DNA of 64,000 bases from Vicinamibacterales bacterium. GTDB lineage: Bacteria; Acidobacteriota; Vicinamibacteria; Vicinamibacterales; JAMQPK01. Position numbers and translations under genes: made by a program. Below the pieces are notes generated by a model. The model made no database searches, was not told the origin of the DNA, and was given only the letters and a program-made list of their open reading frames with translations. The stretch spans positions 133,466-197,465 of the forward strand of contig CAVXJF010000001.1 in assembly GCA_963762055.1 (NCBI GenBank), in the 5' to 3' direction. This document shows positions 9,456 to 20,216 of the stretch, piece after piece; position 1 is the first letter of the stretch; each line of letters starts with the position of its first letter.

Positions 9456-11137
9456 TGTCACGCGCGCGCATATGGCTTGGCGATCGAGCGACGGTGCTGG
9501 CGCTGCTCCTCGGTTGCGGACTGCTGGCCGTCGCATGGTTCGGCTACCGCGCCACCGACGAGTGGCAGCGCAGCGCGGCGCTCGTGGTCGAGCACCGCGG
9601 ACATCAGGCAGCCGATGTGCTCACTCGCGCGCTCATCCGCGACATGCAGGGAGCGCAGACCTCGATCCTGAATAGTCCCGAGGAGAGCCGTCGAAGTTTT
9701 GCTCCTCCCTACGAGGCAAACGACATCGTGTCGGTGGCGTTTGCTCGCTACCCGTACCCGGAGTTTTTCTTCGGATGGGACTCGGTTGCGTCGGGCACGG
9801 TGATCTTTGCGCGCACCGACCGGATGCCGGCATGGGCGCCCCACCGCGTGCGCGCCGACGTGTATCCCGTCGAGGTGCTGCACGACCCGCCGCAGCTGCT
9901 CGGGCTGCGCGAGCGGATTGAGCGGGACATCAAAGGACGCCGCCGTTACTCGACGTTCGATTTGTCGGTTGCCGGGGTGCCGTATCAGGTGGTGGCGCTG
10001 ATTTCGTACGACAGCCCCGCGCGCGAGCACGCCGAACGCGTCTTCGGCGTCGCCGTCAATCTCAACTGGGCTCGCGATCATTATTTCGCCGACATCGTCC
10101 AGCAGGTGGCGCAGATCGCCGGCAACACCGGCGGCGTGATATTTTCCGTGACCGACGACCGCGGCCGGCGCGTCGGCGGAAAGGCCAGCGGCGACATTCC
10201 ACAGCCCGCGGCTACCCGGCAGTTTCCAGTCCTCTTCTTCGACCCGGCGATAGTTGCCGTCGATCCGCCCGCCGATCTCACGCTGCGCTCATGGACGATC
10301 GCCGCGAGCGCGGCGGGCGATCCGACGTTCGTGCTCGCCGCGCGCGGAGCGTGGCGGAGCCTCACGGTGGCCGGGGCGGGCGTCGCTCTCGTCGCGCTCA
10401 GCCTCATCGCTACCACCCGCGCTGCCCGCGCAAGCGCCGCCGTCGCCGCCGTGCGCGCAGACTTCGTCGCGACGGTCACGCACGAGCTGAAGACCCCGCT
10501 CTCGACAATCCGGGCGGTGGGAGAAACGTTGGTGCGAGGGCGCGTCAAGACCGACAACGACCTGAACCGATACGCCCACCTGCTGGTGCGGGAGGAACGG
10601 CGGCTGACGCGCCTTGTCAACAACCTGCTCGCGTATTCGCGCGTCACCGACGTCACCGAGGTCTATTCGTTCGAGAGCGTCGAGCCTGCGGCACTGATTT
10701 CGGAGGCGACGCAGGCGTTCCGCCGGCAGCTCAGCGACAGTGAGGTTCGCATCGAAACACAGGTGGGGGACGTGCCGGCGGTGCGCGCCGACCGCACGGC
10801 GATCGTGCTCGCCCTCGACAACCTGATCGACAACGCGATTCGTTATTCGGGAGAATCGAACACGGTGACGGTGCGTGCCTCCAACGGCGGCGGCAACGTC
10901 CGCTTCGAGGTCATCGACCAGGGAGTGGGCATACCTGCCGAGGATCTGCCTCAGGTACGGCGCCGATTCGTTCGCGGAAGCACGGCGCGCGGGCCGGGCA
11001 ACGGTCTGGGGCTGGCCATCGTCAATCGTATCGCCGCCGATCACGGCGGCGCGCTGGAAATGGCAAGCGAGGTCGGCCGCGGAACCCGGGCGACGCTCAT
11101 TGTCCCGATGGCGGCTGAATGCGTCCACGAATCCTGA
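9452..11137 (+). CDS. sensor histidine kinase (HisKA + HATPase_c) with a large periplasmic domain
   Basis: 561-aa ORF with two TM segments, an H-box FVATVTHELKTPLSTI, an N-box LDNLIDNAIRYS and a G-box GNGLGLAIV. ATGA overlap with the TAXI gene. Confidence 0.9.
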   Translation: MMSRARIWLGDRATVLALLLGCGLLAVAWFGYRATDEWQRSAALVVEHRGHQAADVLTRALIRDMQGAQTSILNSPEESRRSFAPPYEANDIVSVAFARYPYPEFFFGWDSVASGTVIFARTDRMPAWAPHRVRADVYPVEVLHDPPQLLGLRERIERDIKGRRRYSTFDLSVAGVPYQVVALISYDSPAREHAERVFGVAVNLNWARDHYFADIVQQVAQIAGNTGGVIFSVTDDRGRRVGGKASGDIPQPAATRQFPVLFFDPAIVAVDPPADLTLRSWTIAASAAGDPTFVLAARGAWRSLTVAGAGVALVALSLIATTRAARASAAVAAVRADFVATVTHELKTPLSTIRAVGETLVRGRVKTDNDLNRYAHLLVREERRLTRLVNNLLAYSRVTDVTEVYSFESVEPAALISEATQAFRRQLSDSEVRIETQVGDVPAVRADRTAIVLALDNLIDNAIRYSGESNTVTVRASNGGGNVRFEVIDQGVGIPAEDLPQVRRRFVRGSTARGPGNGLGLAIVNRIAADHGGALEMASEVGRGTRATLIVPMAAECVHES

Positions 11138-11803
11138 TCGTCGAAGACGACCCGTCGCTCGCGCAGATCGTGCGCGACAACCTGCTGATGGACGGTTTCG
11201 ACGTCGAATGGGCGCAGCGTGCCGAGCGCGCGATCGTGCTATATCGGTCGTTCGTCCCCGATCTCGTGCTTCTCGACGTGATGCTGCCCGACCTCAGCGG
11301 GTTCGAGCTCGCGCGGGTTCTGAGGCACGGCGGCAAGACGCCGATCATCATCCTGTCGGCGCGAAGCGAGAAGGCCGACAAACTCGCCGGGCTTCGCCTC
11401 GGCGCTGATGACTACATGACCAAGCCTTTCGACATGGAAGAGCTGGTTGCGCGCATCAATACGGTGTTTGAGAAGGGTGAAGCCGTCGATTACAGGAATC
11501 AGGCTGGCAGGCGTGACGATCGATTTTCCGAGTCAGACGGCGACCGGCCCGATGGGCGACCTGCACCTCACCCATCGCGAGTTCGAGATTCTGCGGGTGC
11601 TCGCCGAGCGCCGTTCCTGTGTGGTCTTTCGCGACGAGCTCTTCAAGGAAGTGTGGGGCCTTCTCGACAACAGCACGACGCGATCCGTCGATCGTGCGGT
11701 CTCGAGGCTGCGGCAGAAGATCGAAACGGATCCGAGAGCGCCCCGTTTTCTGCGTACCGTTCATGGAGATGGCTACATCCTGACGCCGGAAGCCGTCATC
11801 TAA
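11119..11803 (+). pseudogene. OmpR/PhoB-family response regulator with a 1-nt frame disruption at about 11467-11469
   Basis: The receiver domain (ILIVEDDPSLA...DLVLLDVMLPDLSG...ADDYMTKPF) is in the frame of ORF 11119. The winged-helix domain (LTHREFEILRVLAE...RLRQKIE...RTVHGDGYIL) is in the frame of ORF 11447. The junction lies at GTGTTTGAG, where removing one T restores ...INTVLRRVKPS. Confidence 0.75.
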
Positions 11804-11830
11804 ATCAACAGCGTCTCAGCGAGGAGCAAC

Positions 11831-12838
11831 GTGAAGCACACATCAGTCGTGATTTCGTCATTGGCGGCCGCGCTCGTCGGCACGGCCGTTCTGGCGCAGG
11901 CGCCGGTCAGCGAGATCGACGCGCATATCGCTACCGCGCGCACCGCCGCGGGACAGGATTACCGCGCCACCTTCGTCAATCTCTGTCTGCCCGCCGCGCC
12001 GCGAGGTGGCGGCGCTGGCCGAGGAGGCGCCGCAAGAGGAACCGGTGCGCCTGAGACGCCGGATCGCGCGAACTGGTATGCGCCGCCCTTGAAGGTGTTC
12101 GACAACCTCTACTGGCTGGGCACCCGCCAGCATTCCTCATGGGCCCTTCAGACGAGCGCGGGCATCATCATCATCGACACGAATTTCGCCTGGTCCACGC
12201 GTCCGGAAATCATCGACGGTCTCACCAAGCTCGGGCTGAATCCGCAAGACATCAAGTATGTGATCATCAGCCACGCGCACGGCGATCACGACCAGGGCGC
12301 AGCGGAATTACAGGAACGGTTCAGTGCGCAGGTGGTGATGGGCGCACCCGACTGGGATGCGACGCTCAAACGTCCCGCCACCGCGCCGGGCGGCGTGCCG
12401 AAACGCGACATCTCGGTCGGACCGGAGGGAAGAAAACTCACCCTGGGCGACACCACCATCGACATTGTCGCCACCCCTGGTCACACAGCCGGGACGTTGT
12501 CCTACGTGTTTCCGGTGAAGAACCAGGGTCAGACCGTTATGGTTGCCTATTCGGGCGGTACCCTCACCGGTGCGTTCGGTACGGACGCTGCACGGTGGGA
12601 CGAATACATCGCCTCGCAGCGAAAGGTCGCGAAAGTGGCCGCTGACGCAGGGGCGAGCGTCATGTTGTCCAACCACAGCGAATACGACGGTGCGTACACC
12701 AAAGCGCGTCTCCTCCTGGCCCCACGCCAGCCCGGCGAAAACCATCCGTTCATCGTCGGGCCCGACGGCGTGCAGCGGTACTTCACGGTGATGGCGGAGT
12801 GCGCGATGGCGTCCAAGCTGCGGGCCGGCGCGAAGTAG
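11831..12838 (+). CDS. metallo-beta-lactamase-fold hydrolase, secreted
   Basis: 335-aa ORF with a GTG start preceded by GAGGAG, a signal peptide and the motif ISHAHGDHDQG. Confidence 0.85.
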   Translation: MKHTSVVISSLAAALVGTAVLAQAPVSEIDAHIATARTAAGQDYRATFVNLCLPAAPRGGGAGRGGAARGTGAPETPDRANWYAPPLKVFDNLYWLGTRQHSSWALQTSAGIIIIDTNFAWSTRPEIIDGLTKLGLNPQDIKYVIISHAHGDHDQGAAELQERFSAQVVMGAPDWDATLKRPATAPGGVPKRDISVGPEGRKLTLGDTTIDIVATPGHTAGTLSYVFPVKNQGQTVMVAYSGGTLTGAFGTDAARWDEYIASQRKVAKVAADAGASVMLSNHSEYDGAYTKARLLLAPRQPGENHPFIVGPDGVQRYFTVMAECAMASKLRAGAK

Positions 12839-12851
12839 CGCGCAGGACTTA

Positions 12852-14492
12852 ATGAAACCCAATTTTCGTGTGTGTGCATCTCTCATCTTCGCCGGTGTCG
12901 CGGCAGCGCTGGGCGCACAGGCCCCTCAAACCCCGCCGCCCGCCCAAGGCGGTGGCGCGGGAGGCCGGGGCGGTGGCCCTGGCGCGGTGGCTGCGGCTCT
13001 CTTCGTCGAGAAGTGCGCCGGTTGTCACGGCACGGACGTGTCAGGTGGGCGTGCCGCCAGCCTCTTCGATCAGAAAGTGCTCGCGCGCCTCGACGACGAA
13101 CGCCTTGCGCGCATCATCAGAGCCGGACTGCCCGCTGCGGGAATGCCGGCGTTCAATGACCTGACCGAAGAACAGGTCGGCCAGCTGATTCATCACATTC
13201 GCGCTGAGACCGGCAATCTCGCGCCCAAGCCCGCGTTCGTCGCAAATCCCGCGGGACACATTCTGAAGACCGAGAAGCACACCGTGAAGGCGGAGCTCAT
13301 CGCCGACGGTCTCGAAACACCGTGGGCGTTGGCATTTCTCCCTGATGGACGTCTGCTGGTCACCGAGCGCACCGGCACTCTTCGGATTATCGAGAAGGGG
13401 CAGCTCTCGGAACCCGTGAAGGGCACGCCCAAAGTGCATGTCCAGCAGGACGGCGGCATGATGGATATCGAGCTGCATCCGAACTACTCGAGGAACGGCT
13501 GGATTTATCTCGCCTACTCGGAAGTTCGTCCCGGCTTCACACCACCGCCGCCATCGGCGGCGCCGCCGACGCCTGCCGTGCAGCCCGGGCGCGGACGCGG
13601 GCCGGAGATACCATCGATGACGGTGATCGTCCGCGGGAAGCTCGACAAGAACAACCAGTGGCGCGACGAGCAGCTGATCTTCCGCGCGCCGCCGGACGTC
13701 TACACTGCAAATGGAACGCACTTCGGGCTGCGGTTCCTGTTCGATCGCGAAGGGCACCTCTTTTATTCCATCGGCGAGCGCGGCGTCCCGCAGAACTCTC
13801 AAGATCTCTCGAACCCGCTCGGGAAGATCCACCGCATCGATGAAGACGGCTCGGTGCCCAAGGACAATCCGTTCGTGAACACGCCGGGCGCGCTGCCGAC
13901 GATCTGGAGCTACGGGCACCGCAATCCCCAAGGCCTCGCGTGGGATCCCGTCACCGGCCGGTTGTGGTCGTCGGAGCACGGTCCGAGCGGCGGCGACGAG
14001 ATCAACATCATCGAGCGCGGAAAAAACTACGGATGGGGCGTCGTCTCGAAAGGGTTGGCGAACGGCATCACGAAGAGGTCTCAATCGGGTATGGAAGAAC
14101 CGCTGACCTACTACACGCCGTCGATTGGGCCGTCACAGGTCGCGTTCTATACCGGCAACCGTTTCCCGGGATGGAAGAACAACAGCCTGTTGGTGGCAGG
14201 GATGGCAGGGCACCAACTGCGCCGGCTCCAGATTGCCGACAACAAGATCACCGCCGAAGAAGTGATCTTCGGCCAGTTCGGCCGCGTGCGCGACGTGGTT
14301 CAGGGCCCAGACGGGTACTTGTACCTCGCGCTGCAGAATCCTACCGGCTCGGGTACGGGATTGCCCCTCTCCGCGTCAACGCCAGGCCGTGTCATTCGTC
14401 TGGTACCGGCTGCGGCGCAGACGGCTCGCGTGAGGTTTGAAGCCGGATTAGGGAATTTGCTCCATCAGTCGACCGACTTGGCCGATCGCTAA
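12852..14492 (+). CDS. PQQ-dependent sugar (glucose/sorbosone) dehydrogenase with N-terminal cytochrome c domain
   Basis: 546-aa ORF with a signal peptide, CAGCHG heme motif plus ...GMPAF, and beta-propeller motifs (PWALAFLPDGRLLVTER, GHRNPQGLAWDP, EHGPSGGDEIN). Confidence 0.85.
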   Translation: MKPNFRVCASLIFAGVAAALGAQAPQTPPPAQGGGAGGRGGGPGAVAAALFVEKCAGCHGTDVSGGRAASLFDQKVLARLDDERLARIIRAGLPAAGMPAFNDLTEEQVGQLIHHIRAETGNLAPKPAFVANPAGHILKTEKHTVKAELIADGLETPWALAFLPDGRLLVTERTGTLRIIEKGQLSEPVKGTPKVHVQQDGGMMDIELHPNYSRNGWIYLAYSEVRPGFTPPPPSAAPPTPAVQPGRGRGPEIPSMTVIVRGKLDKNNQWRDEQLIFRAPPDVYTANGTHFGLRFLFDREGHLFYSIGERGVPQNSQDLSNPLGKIHRIDEDGSVPKDNPFVNTPGALPTIWSYGHRNPQGLAWDPVTGRLWSSEHGPSGGDEINIIERGKNYGWGVVSKGLANGITKRSQSGMEEPLTYYTPSIGPSQVAFYTGNRFPGWKNNSLLVAGMAGHQLRRLQIADNKITAEEVIFGQFGRVRDVVQGPDGYLYLALQNPTGSGTGLPLSASTPGRVIRLVPAAAQTARVRFEAGLGNLLHQSTDLADR

Positions 14493-15403
14493 TTCGCCAG
14501 GCGGGGGGCGCTCTTGACCGGGATCGTCACCGACGCGCCGGCGCGCGACGGATCGAACTCCCCTTCGACCAGACGCCAGGCGTCGGTCTCTTCGAGGAGC
14601 TTGGAAGCAAACGCCGTGTGCAGCGCATGGCCGCCGCGGTGCGCGACGAGATGGCCGACAATCGGGTAGCCGACGAGCGCCATGTCGCCGATGACGTCGA
14701 GAATCTTGTGGCGGACGAACTCGTCCTCGAACCGCAGCGCGTTGAGCGCGCCGGTTTCGCCGAGCACGATCGCGTTTTCGAGCGAGCCGCCCAGGGCGAG
14801 CCCGTTCTGGCGCAACATCTCGACTTCCTTGAGGAAGCCGAACGTGCGTGCCGGCGCAATCTCCTCGATGAACGACTCTTCAGTGATCTGCATCGTCCGC
14901 GTCTGATGCCGCAGCATCGGATGGTCGAAGCTGATGCTGTAGGTCACTTTGAAATGATCGGACGGATACAGCGCGATGCGCTTGTCGCCGCGCGACAACG
15001 AGATCGGCCGCACGATTTTGAGAAATCGTTTCGGAGCGGCGAGCCGCTTGAGCCCCGCTTCGTGGATCAGATAGATAAAGGGCGCCGCGCTGCCATCCAT
15101 GATCGGCACTTCGGGATGGCTCAACTCGACAACCACGTTGTCCACACCCAGACTGACGAGCGCCGCAAGCAGGTGCTCGACGGTTTCGACGGACCCGTCC
15201 TTGAGCAGGAGTCCGGTAGCGTAACGGTTGCCGCCCAGATGCGAAACTGTCGCTGGAATCTCGAGCCCTCCCAGGTCCGATCGACGGAAACGTATTCCGT
15301 GGTCGGCGGGGGCAGGCTTCAGGGACAACGTCACCTTCTTACCTGAATGCAGTCCGATTCCTGCGCAGGATACCGCTCGCTTGAGAGTGCGTTGACTGTC
15401 CAT
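14489..15403 (-). CDS. lpxC: UDP-3-O-acyl-N-acetylglucosamine deacetylase
   Basis: 304-aa ORF: QRTLKRAVSCAGIGLHSGKKVTLSLKPAPADHGIRFRR..., HHLVAHRGGHALH. Confidence 0.93.
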   Translation of the reverse strand: MDSQRTLKRAVSCAGIGLHSGKKVTLSLKPAPADHGIRFRRSDLGGLEIPATVSHLGGNRYATGLLLKDGSVETVEHLLAALVSLGVDNVVVELSHPEVPIMDGSAAPFIYLIHEAGLKRLAAPKRFLKIVRPISLSRGDKRIALYPSDHFKVTYSISFDHPMLRHQTRTMQITEESFIEEIAPARTFGFLKEVEMLRQNGLALGGSLENAIVLGETGALNALRFEDEFVRHKILDVIGDMALVGYPIVGHLVAHRGGHALHTAFASKLLEETDAWRLVEGEFDPSRAGASVTIPVKSAPRLAN

Positions 15404-15620
15404 TAGTCGTTGTGAGTCAGGCTGTTAGACCGGCTTGGCCGCGGGTTCTAGAGCAATTCCGGTGCCCGGCGACAGGCCAAGCGTCGTATCGGCAGTAAGT
15501 TGTTACATCGGCAGTACTTACTGTAAAACCTGACTTTTGCTCAGCTGGGGGCTGATCGGGTCTTGTGGTACGGGAACCACACAAGTCCACCGAACCGCTG
15601 TTGCAATCCTACCACAGGCG

Positions 15621-18431
15621 TCATGAAAATGACGCCTTCAGAAGCGGCTTGAGGAACTCTCCCGTCGCCGACTCGGCCACATTTGCGACCTGGGCCGGCG
15701 TGCCTTCCGCGATGATGCGGCCGCCGCCGGCTCCCCCTTCGGGACCGAGATCGATGATGTGATCCGCCGACTTGATGATGTCCAGGTTGTGCTCGATCAC
15801 CACCACCGTATTGCCCTGATCGACGAGCTTGTTCAGCACATCGAGCAGCTTGTGGGTATCGTCGAAGTGCAGCCCCGTCGTCGGTTCATCCAATATGTAC
15901 AACGTTCGTCCCGTGCCACGGCGCGACAGCTCCTTCGAGAGCTTCACCCGCTGGGCCTCTCCCCCGCTCAGCGTCGTCGCCGACTGTCCCAGCTCGATGT
16001 AGCCGAGGCCGACACTCTGTAGTGTTCTGAGCTTGTTGCCAATCGCCGGAAAGTTCTCGAGCAGCGGCAGACTCTGATCGACAGTCAGCTCGAGCACGTC
16101 GGCAATCGACTTGCCCCGGTACTGGATCTCGAGCGTCTCGCGGTTGTACCGCCGTCCCTTGCACTGCTCGCACGTCACGTACACGTCGGGCAGGAAATGC
16201 ATCTCGATCGCAATCACGCCGTCGCCCTGGCATCCCTCGCAACGGCCCCCCTTGACGTTGAACGAAAACCGCCCCGGCCTGAACCCGCGGGCCTTCGCCT
16301 CGGGGAGCATCGCGAACAGCTCGCGAATGAACGTGAACAGCCCGGTGTAGGTCGCTGGATTCGAACGCGGCGTGCGTCCGATCGGCGACTGATCGATCTC
16401 GATGACCTTGTCGACGTGCTGGATGCCCTCGATGCGATCGTGCGCGCCCGGTTCGTCGCCGGCGCGATACAGCTCGCGCGCGAGCGACTTGTACAGAATG
16501 TCGTTGACGAGCGTGGATTTGCCCGACCCGCTGACGCCCGTGACCGCGACGAGGGTTCCGAGCGGAATGCGCACGTCGATGTTCTTCAGATTGTTCTCGC
16601 GCGCGCCGCGGATAACGAGCTCGCCTTTCGCCTGACGCGGCGCCCGCCCCTCGCCGTGCGGGCTGATCACCTTTTCGCCGCGCAGATATTGCCCGGTCAG
16701 CGACTCGTGACCGTTTACCCCTTGCCCCTCACCCCTTGCCCCTGTCAGCAACTCGGCGGGCGTCCCTTGAAAGATCACCCTGCCGCCGTGTTCGCCGGCG
16801 CCCGGGCCCAGGTCGACCAGGTAGTCGGCGACCCGAATCGTCTCCTCGTCGTGTTCGACGACGATGATCGTGTTGCCGAGATCGCGCAGATGATGCAGCG
16901 TGCCGAGGAGCGCGCGATTGTCGCGCTGATGCAACCCGATGGACGGTTCGTCGAGCACGTACAGGACACCGGTGAGGTTGGCGCCAATCTGCGTCGCCAG
17001 ACGTATGCGCTGCCCTTCTCCTCCGGACAACGTCGTCGCGCTGCGGCCAAGCGTCAGATAGCCGACGCCGACGTCGTAGAGGAATCGCAGCCTGTCCTGA
17101 ATCTCCTTCAGCACGCGGCTCGCGATGAGGCTTTCACGCTCGCTCAGGTCGAGCGAATGGAACACCTGATAGGCCTCGCTGATCGGCAGGTTCACGTATT
17201 CCGAAACAGTGCGCCCTTTGACCTTCACCGACAGGCTCTGCGGCTTCAACCGCTCGCCGTGGCAGATCGGGCACGAACGGAGTGACCGGTAGGTCTCGAG
17301 ATCTTCCTGCTCGCTCCACGACGCGGCCTCGAAGCGGCGCCGGAGGTTCGGGATGATCCCTTCGAATCCTTTGCCGTTGCCGCCGTAGAGGATCTGATCG
17401 CGCACCTTCTTCATGAGGTTCGCGAACGGCGTCACCGGATCGAATCCCAGGTTTTTCCCGAGGCCCGAAATGGCCTCGCGGACGAGCTTCCTGTCGCCTT
17501 TGGTCCACGGCACGATCGCGCCGTCGACGAGCGATTTCGTCTGATCGGGGACGATGCGGTTGGGGTCGAAGTCGTACATCGCGCCAAGCCCCTGGCATTC
17601 GGTGCACGCGCCGTGGGGCGAGTTGAACGAAAACGCGCGAGGCGTCATCTCCGGCATGCTGATGCCGCACTCGATGCAGGCGAGACGCCGCGAAAACAGG
17701 CGATCTCCGCCGTCGAGCGTGTTGATGACGACGATGTCCTCGGCCAGGTTCAACGCAATCTCGATCGACTCTGCCAGCCGCCGCTCGATGCCCGACTTGA
17801 CGATGAGGCGATCGACGACGATGTCGATCGAATGGTTGCGCCGGCGATCGAGCTTGATGTCTTCGTCGAGCGAGCGGAACGCGCCGTCGATGCGGGCCTT
17901 GGAGAACCCCTTCTTCTTGAGCTCGGCGAGCTCCTTCTTGAACTCGCCCTTCCGCCCGCGGACCACCGGCGCCAGCACGTTGATGCGCGCATCCTGCGGA
18001 TACACCATCACCATGTCCATGATGCGTTCGAGCGACTGCGCGGAGATCTCCTTGCCGCACTGATGGCAATGGGGGATCCCGATGTTGGCAAACAGCAGGC
18101 GCAGGTAATCGTAGATCTCGGTAACGGTCCCGACCGTGGACCGCGGGTTGGAAGCCGTCGTCTTCTGCTCGATCGAAATGGCCGGCGAGAGCCCATCGAT
18201 CAGATCGACGTCGGGCTTCTCCATCTGCTCGAGAAACTGGCGGGCATACGCCGACAGCGATTCGACGTACCTCCGCTGCCCCTCGGCATAGATCGTGTCG
18301 AAGGCGAGCGACGACTTACCCGAGCCCGACAGCCCGGTGATGACCGTCAGCTTGTCTCGGGGGATGTCGACGTCGATGTCGCGAAGGTTGTGCACGCGGG
18401 CGCCGCGTACAGATATCCAGCCCTGACCCAT
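15621..18431 (-). CDS. uvrA: excinuclease ABC subunit A
   Basis: Starts at the internal Met [24 protein letters not shown] (ATG at 18431). Two ABC cassettes ([25 protein letters not shown]) and zinc-finger Cys clusters. 937 aa. Confidence 0.95.
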   Translation of the reverse strand: MGQGWISVRGARVHNLRDIDVDIPRDKLTVITGLSGSGKSSLAFDTIYAEGQRRYVESLSAYARQFLEQMEKPDVDLIDGLSPAISIEQKTTASNPRSTVGTVTEIYDYLRLLFANIGIPHCHQCGKEISAQSLERIMDMVMVYPQDARINVLAPVVRGRKGEFKKELAELKKKGFSKARIDGAFRSLDEDIKLDRRRNHSIDIVVDRLIVKSGIERRLAESIEIALNLAEDIVVINTLDGGDRLFSRRLACIECGISMPEMTPRAFSFNSPHGACTECQGLGAMYDFDPNRIVPDQTKSLVDGAIVPWTKGDRKLVREAISGLGKNLGFDPVTPFANLMKKVRDQILYGGNGKGFEGIIPNLRRRFEAASWSEQEDLETYRSLRSCPICHGERLKPQSLSVKVKGRTVSEYVNLPISEAYQVFHSLDLSERESLIASRVLKEIQDRLRFLYDVGVGYLTLGRSATTLSGGEGQRIRLATQIGANLTGVLYVLDEPSIGLHQRDNRALLGTLHHLRDLGNTIIVVEHDEETIRVADYLVDLGPGAGEHGGRVIFQGTPAELLTGARGEGQGVNGHESLTGQYLRGEKVISPHGEGRAPRQAKGELVIRGARENNLKNIDVRIPLGTLVAVTGVSGSGKSTLVNDILYKSLARELYRAGDEPGAHDRIEGIQHVDKVIEIDQSPIGRTPRSNPATYTGLFTFIRELFAMLPEAKARGFRPGRFSFNVKGGRCEGCQGDGVIAIEMHFLPDVYVTCEQCKGRRYNRETLEIQYRGKSIADVLELTVDQSLPLLENFPAIGNKLRTLQSVGLGYIELGQSATTLSGGEAQRVKLSKELSRRGTGRTLYILDEPTTGLHFDDTHKLLDVLNKLVDQGNTVVVIEHNLDIIKSADHIIDLGPEGGAGGGRIIAEGTPAQVANVAESATGEFLKPLLKASFS

Positions 18432-18484
18432 CTGTGTGCTTTCTTTGGGAAACCCGAAACCAGTAATTGTACTACTCAGATGAA

Positions 18485-18518
18485 CCACAGAGGACGCAGA
18501 GAACACAGAGAAGAAAAC
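18485..18518. repeat. CTCTGTG/CACAGAG-word element (half copy)
   Basis: CCACAGAGGACGCAGAGAACACAGAGAAGAAAAC. It shares its word composition with the hairpins at 54098-54164 and 54376-54443. Confidence 0.6.
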
Positions 18519-19126
18519 ATGGTTCTCGTAAAGAAATTATTTGGCGTTTTTCAATGCCGCGGCGGCGTTCTGCGCGGATTGCGCCTTCAGCGCTTCGGCT
18601 TCCTGAATTTCGGCGCGCTTGCCGGCGATGAGGCTGTTGGACAAGCCGGTGATGTCCTTTTCGTACTCCGCCAGGTCTTTTTTCATGTGACCGATGACGT
18701 CTTCGTAACATCGCGCCGCGGTCGAGAAGCGGCCCGACGCCGGCTTCCAGCTCCGCTCGGCCGAGTCGAGCAGGCCGAGATACCGCTCGGCGTCGCAGTC
18801 GGCCCGGTTCATCTGCAGCGCGCCCTCGAAGAACGTCCGCGACTCGGCGAGACGATTGAGATTGAAGGCCGCCATCCCCGCCAGCCTGTAAATAGCGTCG
18901 TTTCTCATCGCGTTCAGCCCGATGGTGGCGTCGTCGAATGCGAGCTGCGACGCGCCGGTCTGCAGACGGTTCCACGCGCGCCAGTAATATTTCTCTCCCG
19001 GATTGTTCGCGGCATCGTTCAGCAGCAGTTCGTCGAGCAGTACAATCGCCTCGTCGTGCCGTTTGAGGTAGCTCAGCGACTTTGCCCGGCCGAGCCGCGC
19101 CGGGTTCTCCATTCCAGCATGTATCT

Positions 19127-19197
19127 GTACGTCAGTGTCCGGCTTTAGCCGGACCGTCTGCGGCTTTAGCCGGACCTTCTGTGGCTTTAGCCGGACC
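19127..19197 (-). repeat. REP cluster: one full and two partial units, 21-nt period
   Basis: The minus strand reads GGTCCGGCTAAAGCCACAGAA GGTCCGGCTAAAGCCGCAGAC GGTCCGGCTAAAGCCGGACACTGACGTAC. Confidence 0.9.
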
Positions 19198-19626
19198 CAA
19201 AACCGCGTCGAACAACGTCAGCGCATCCGCATACCGGGCATAGGAGAACGTCACGTTGGCGAGCGCGAGCGTGATCGTGGCGCTGTCGGGCAGCAGCTGG
19301 CGCGCGCGTGTGAGCTCGCGAAACGCGCCGGCGAGATTCCCTCCCATCAATGCCCGCTGACCGAGCAGCAGGTGCACTTCACCAAATCCCGTTTCCATGC
19401 CGATGAGCTCTCGCGCCGTGTTGGCCGAGTAGGTCGGCTGAAATGTCAGCATGCGGTACTTCACCGAGAGATCCGCTGGATGGGCAGCGAGAACCGCGTC
19501 TACCTGCGGCTGAATGTCTTTGTATTGCAGTGTCTGCAGAACGAGCGCGAGGTAGACGTACGCGGTCAGCGCATTCGCATGCGCCTCTTTCTCCAGCTCA
19601 CCAATAATTTTCAGCCGCTCGTCCCG

Positions 19627-19652
19627 TCGTAGTGTCCGGCTTTAGCCGGACC
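19627..19652 (-). repeat. REP-like palindromic element inside coding sequence
   Basis: The minus strand reads GGTCCGGCTAAAGCCGGACACTACGA. It lies inside the TPR lipoprotein gene. Confidence 0.9.
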
Positions 19653-20216
19653 TGACTCCATATTCACCGCATCCACATACGCGAAATACGTCGCATAGCT
19701 CGCCGCAACCTGCGTCTGCAGCTGCACGGCCGACTCGAGCGCACCGGAATCGGGCATGCGCAGCTCGCGCTCGCGCAGCACGATCATCAGATTGTTCTCG
19801 AGCGCTTTCGCCGCCACCGCTGCATCGCCCGACTCGCCGAGCAGCGCCGCATACGCAGAGGCGGCCTCTTTGAGGCAGAGATAACAACCCCGTGAGGCCA
19901 GGTGATTGGCTTCAGCCAGCCGCGCCGCCACCACTTCCGGCGCCAGCTTCGGTGCGACAACCGGTGCGGGACGGCCGGCACACGAGAGGCTGCAGCCAAT
20001 GAGCAGCACTGCCGCCAGAGTTCTTGCACGGTTCGTTGGCATCAATCGGACACCAGCACGGTTAGACACCGTCGCTGGCGACCCGCTCCAGACGATAATT
20101 CGGCTTCGGGATGGTCCGTCCCCGATCCAATGATTGCTTTGAGATACGAATAATTCCACGTAAGATTGCGCGTCTTTCTACACGGCCTCGGCGTCGGCCG
20201 TTTTCCTGGAGGCCCG

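Larger units (their letters stand above)
18537..20042 (-). pseudogene. TPR-repeat lipoprotein gene split into three ORFs by REP insertions
   Basis: The three ORFs are 19611..20042 (MPTNRARTLAAVLLIGCSLSCAG...), 19132..~19608 and 18537..19112. Each break coincides with a REP element, translated as GPAKAGH. Deleting 26 nt and 70 nt restores one continuous frame. Confidence 0.75.

Noticed and set aside
15404-15620. The 217-nt gap upstream of lpxC as a possible small RNA or tRNA locus.
   Set aside because: It has only a short hairpin (CAGTAAGT...ACTTACTG). There is no tRNA-like T-arm or anticodon structure and no conserved motif I can name.
19127-19197. A possible mini CRISPR array (three direct repeats with 21-nt period).
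   Set aside because: The repeats are partial REP units separated by only about 6 nt. There are no spacers of CRISPR length, no cas genes, and the same unit is dispersed singly elsewhere.
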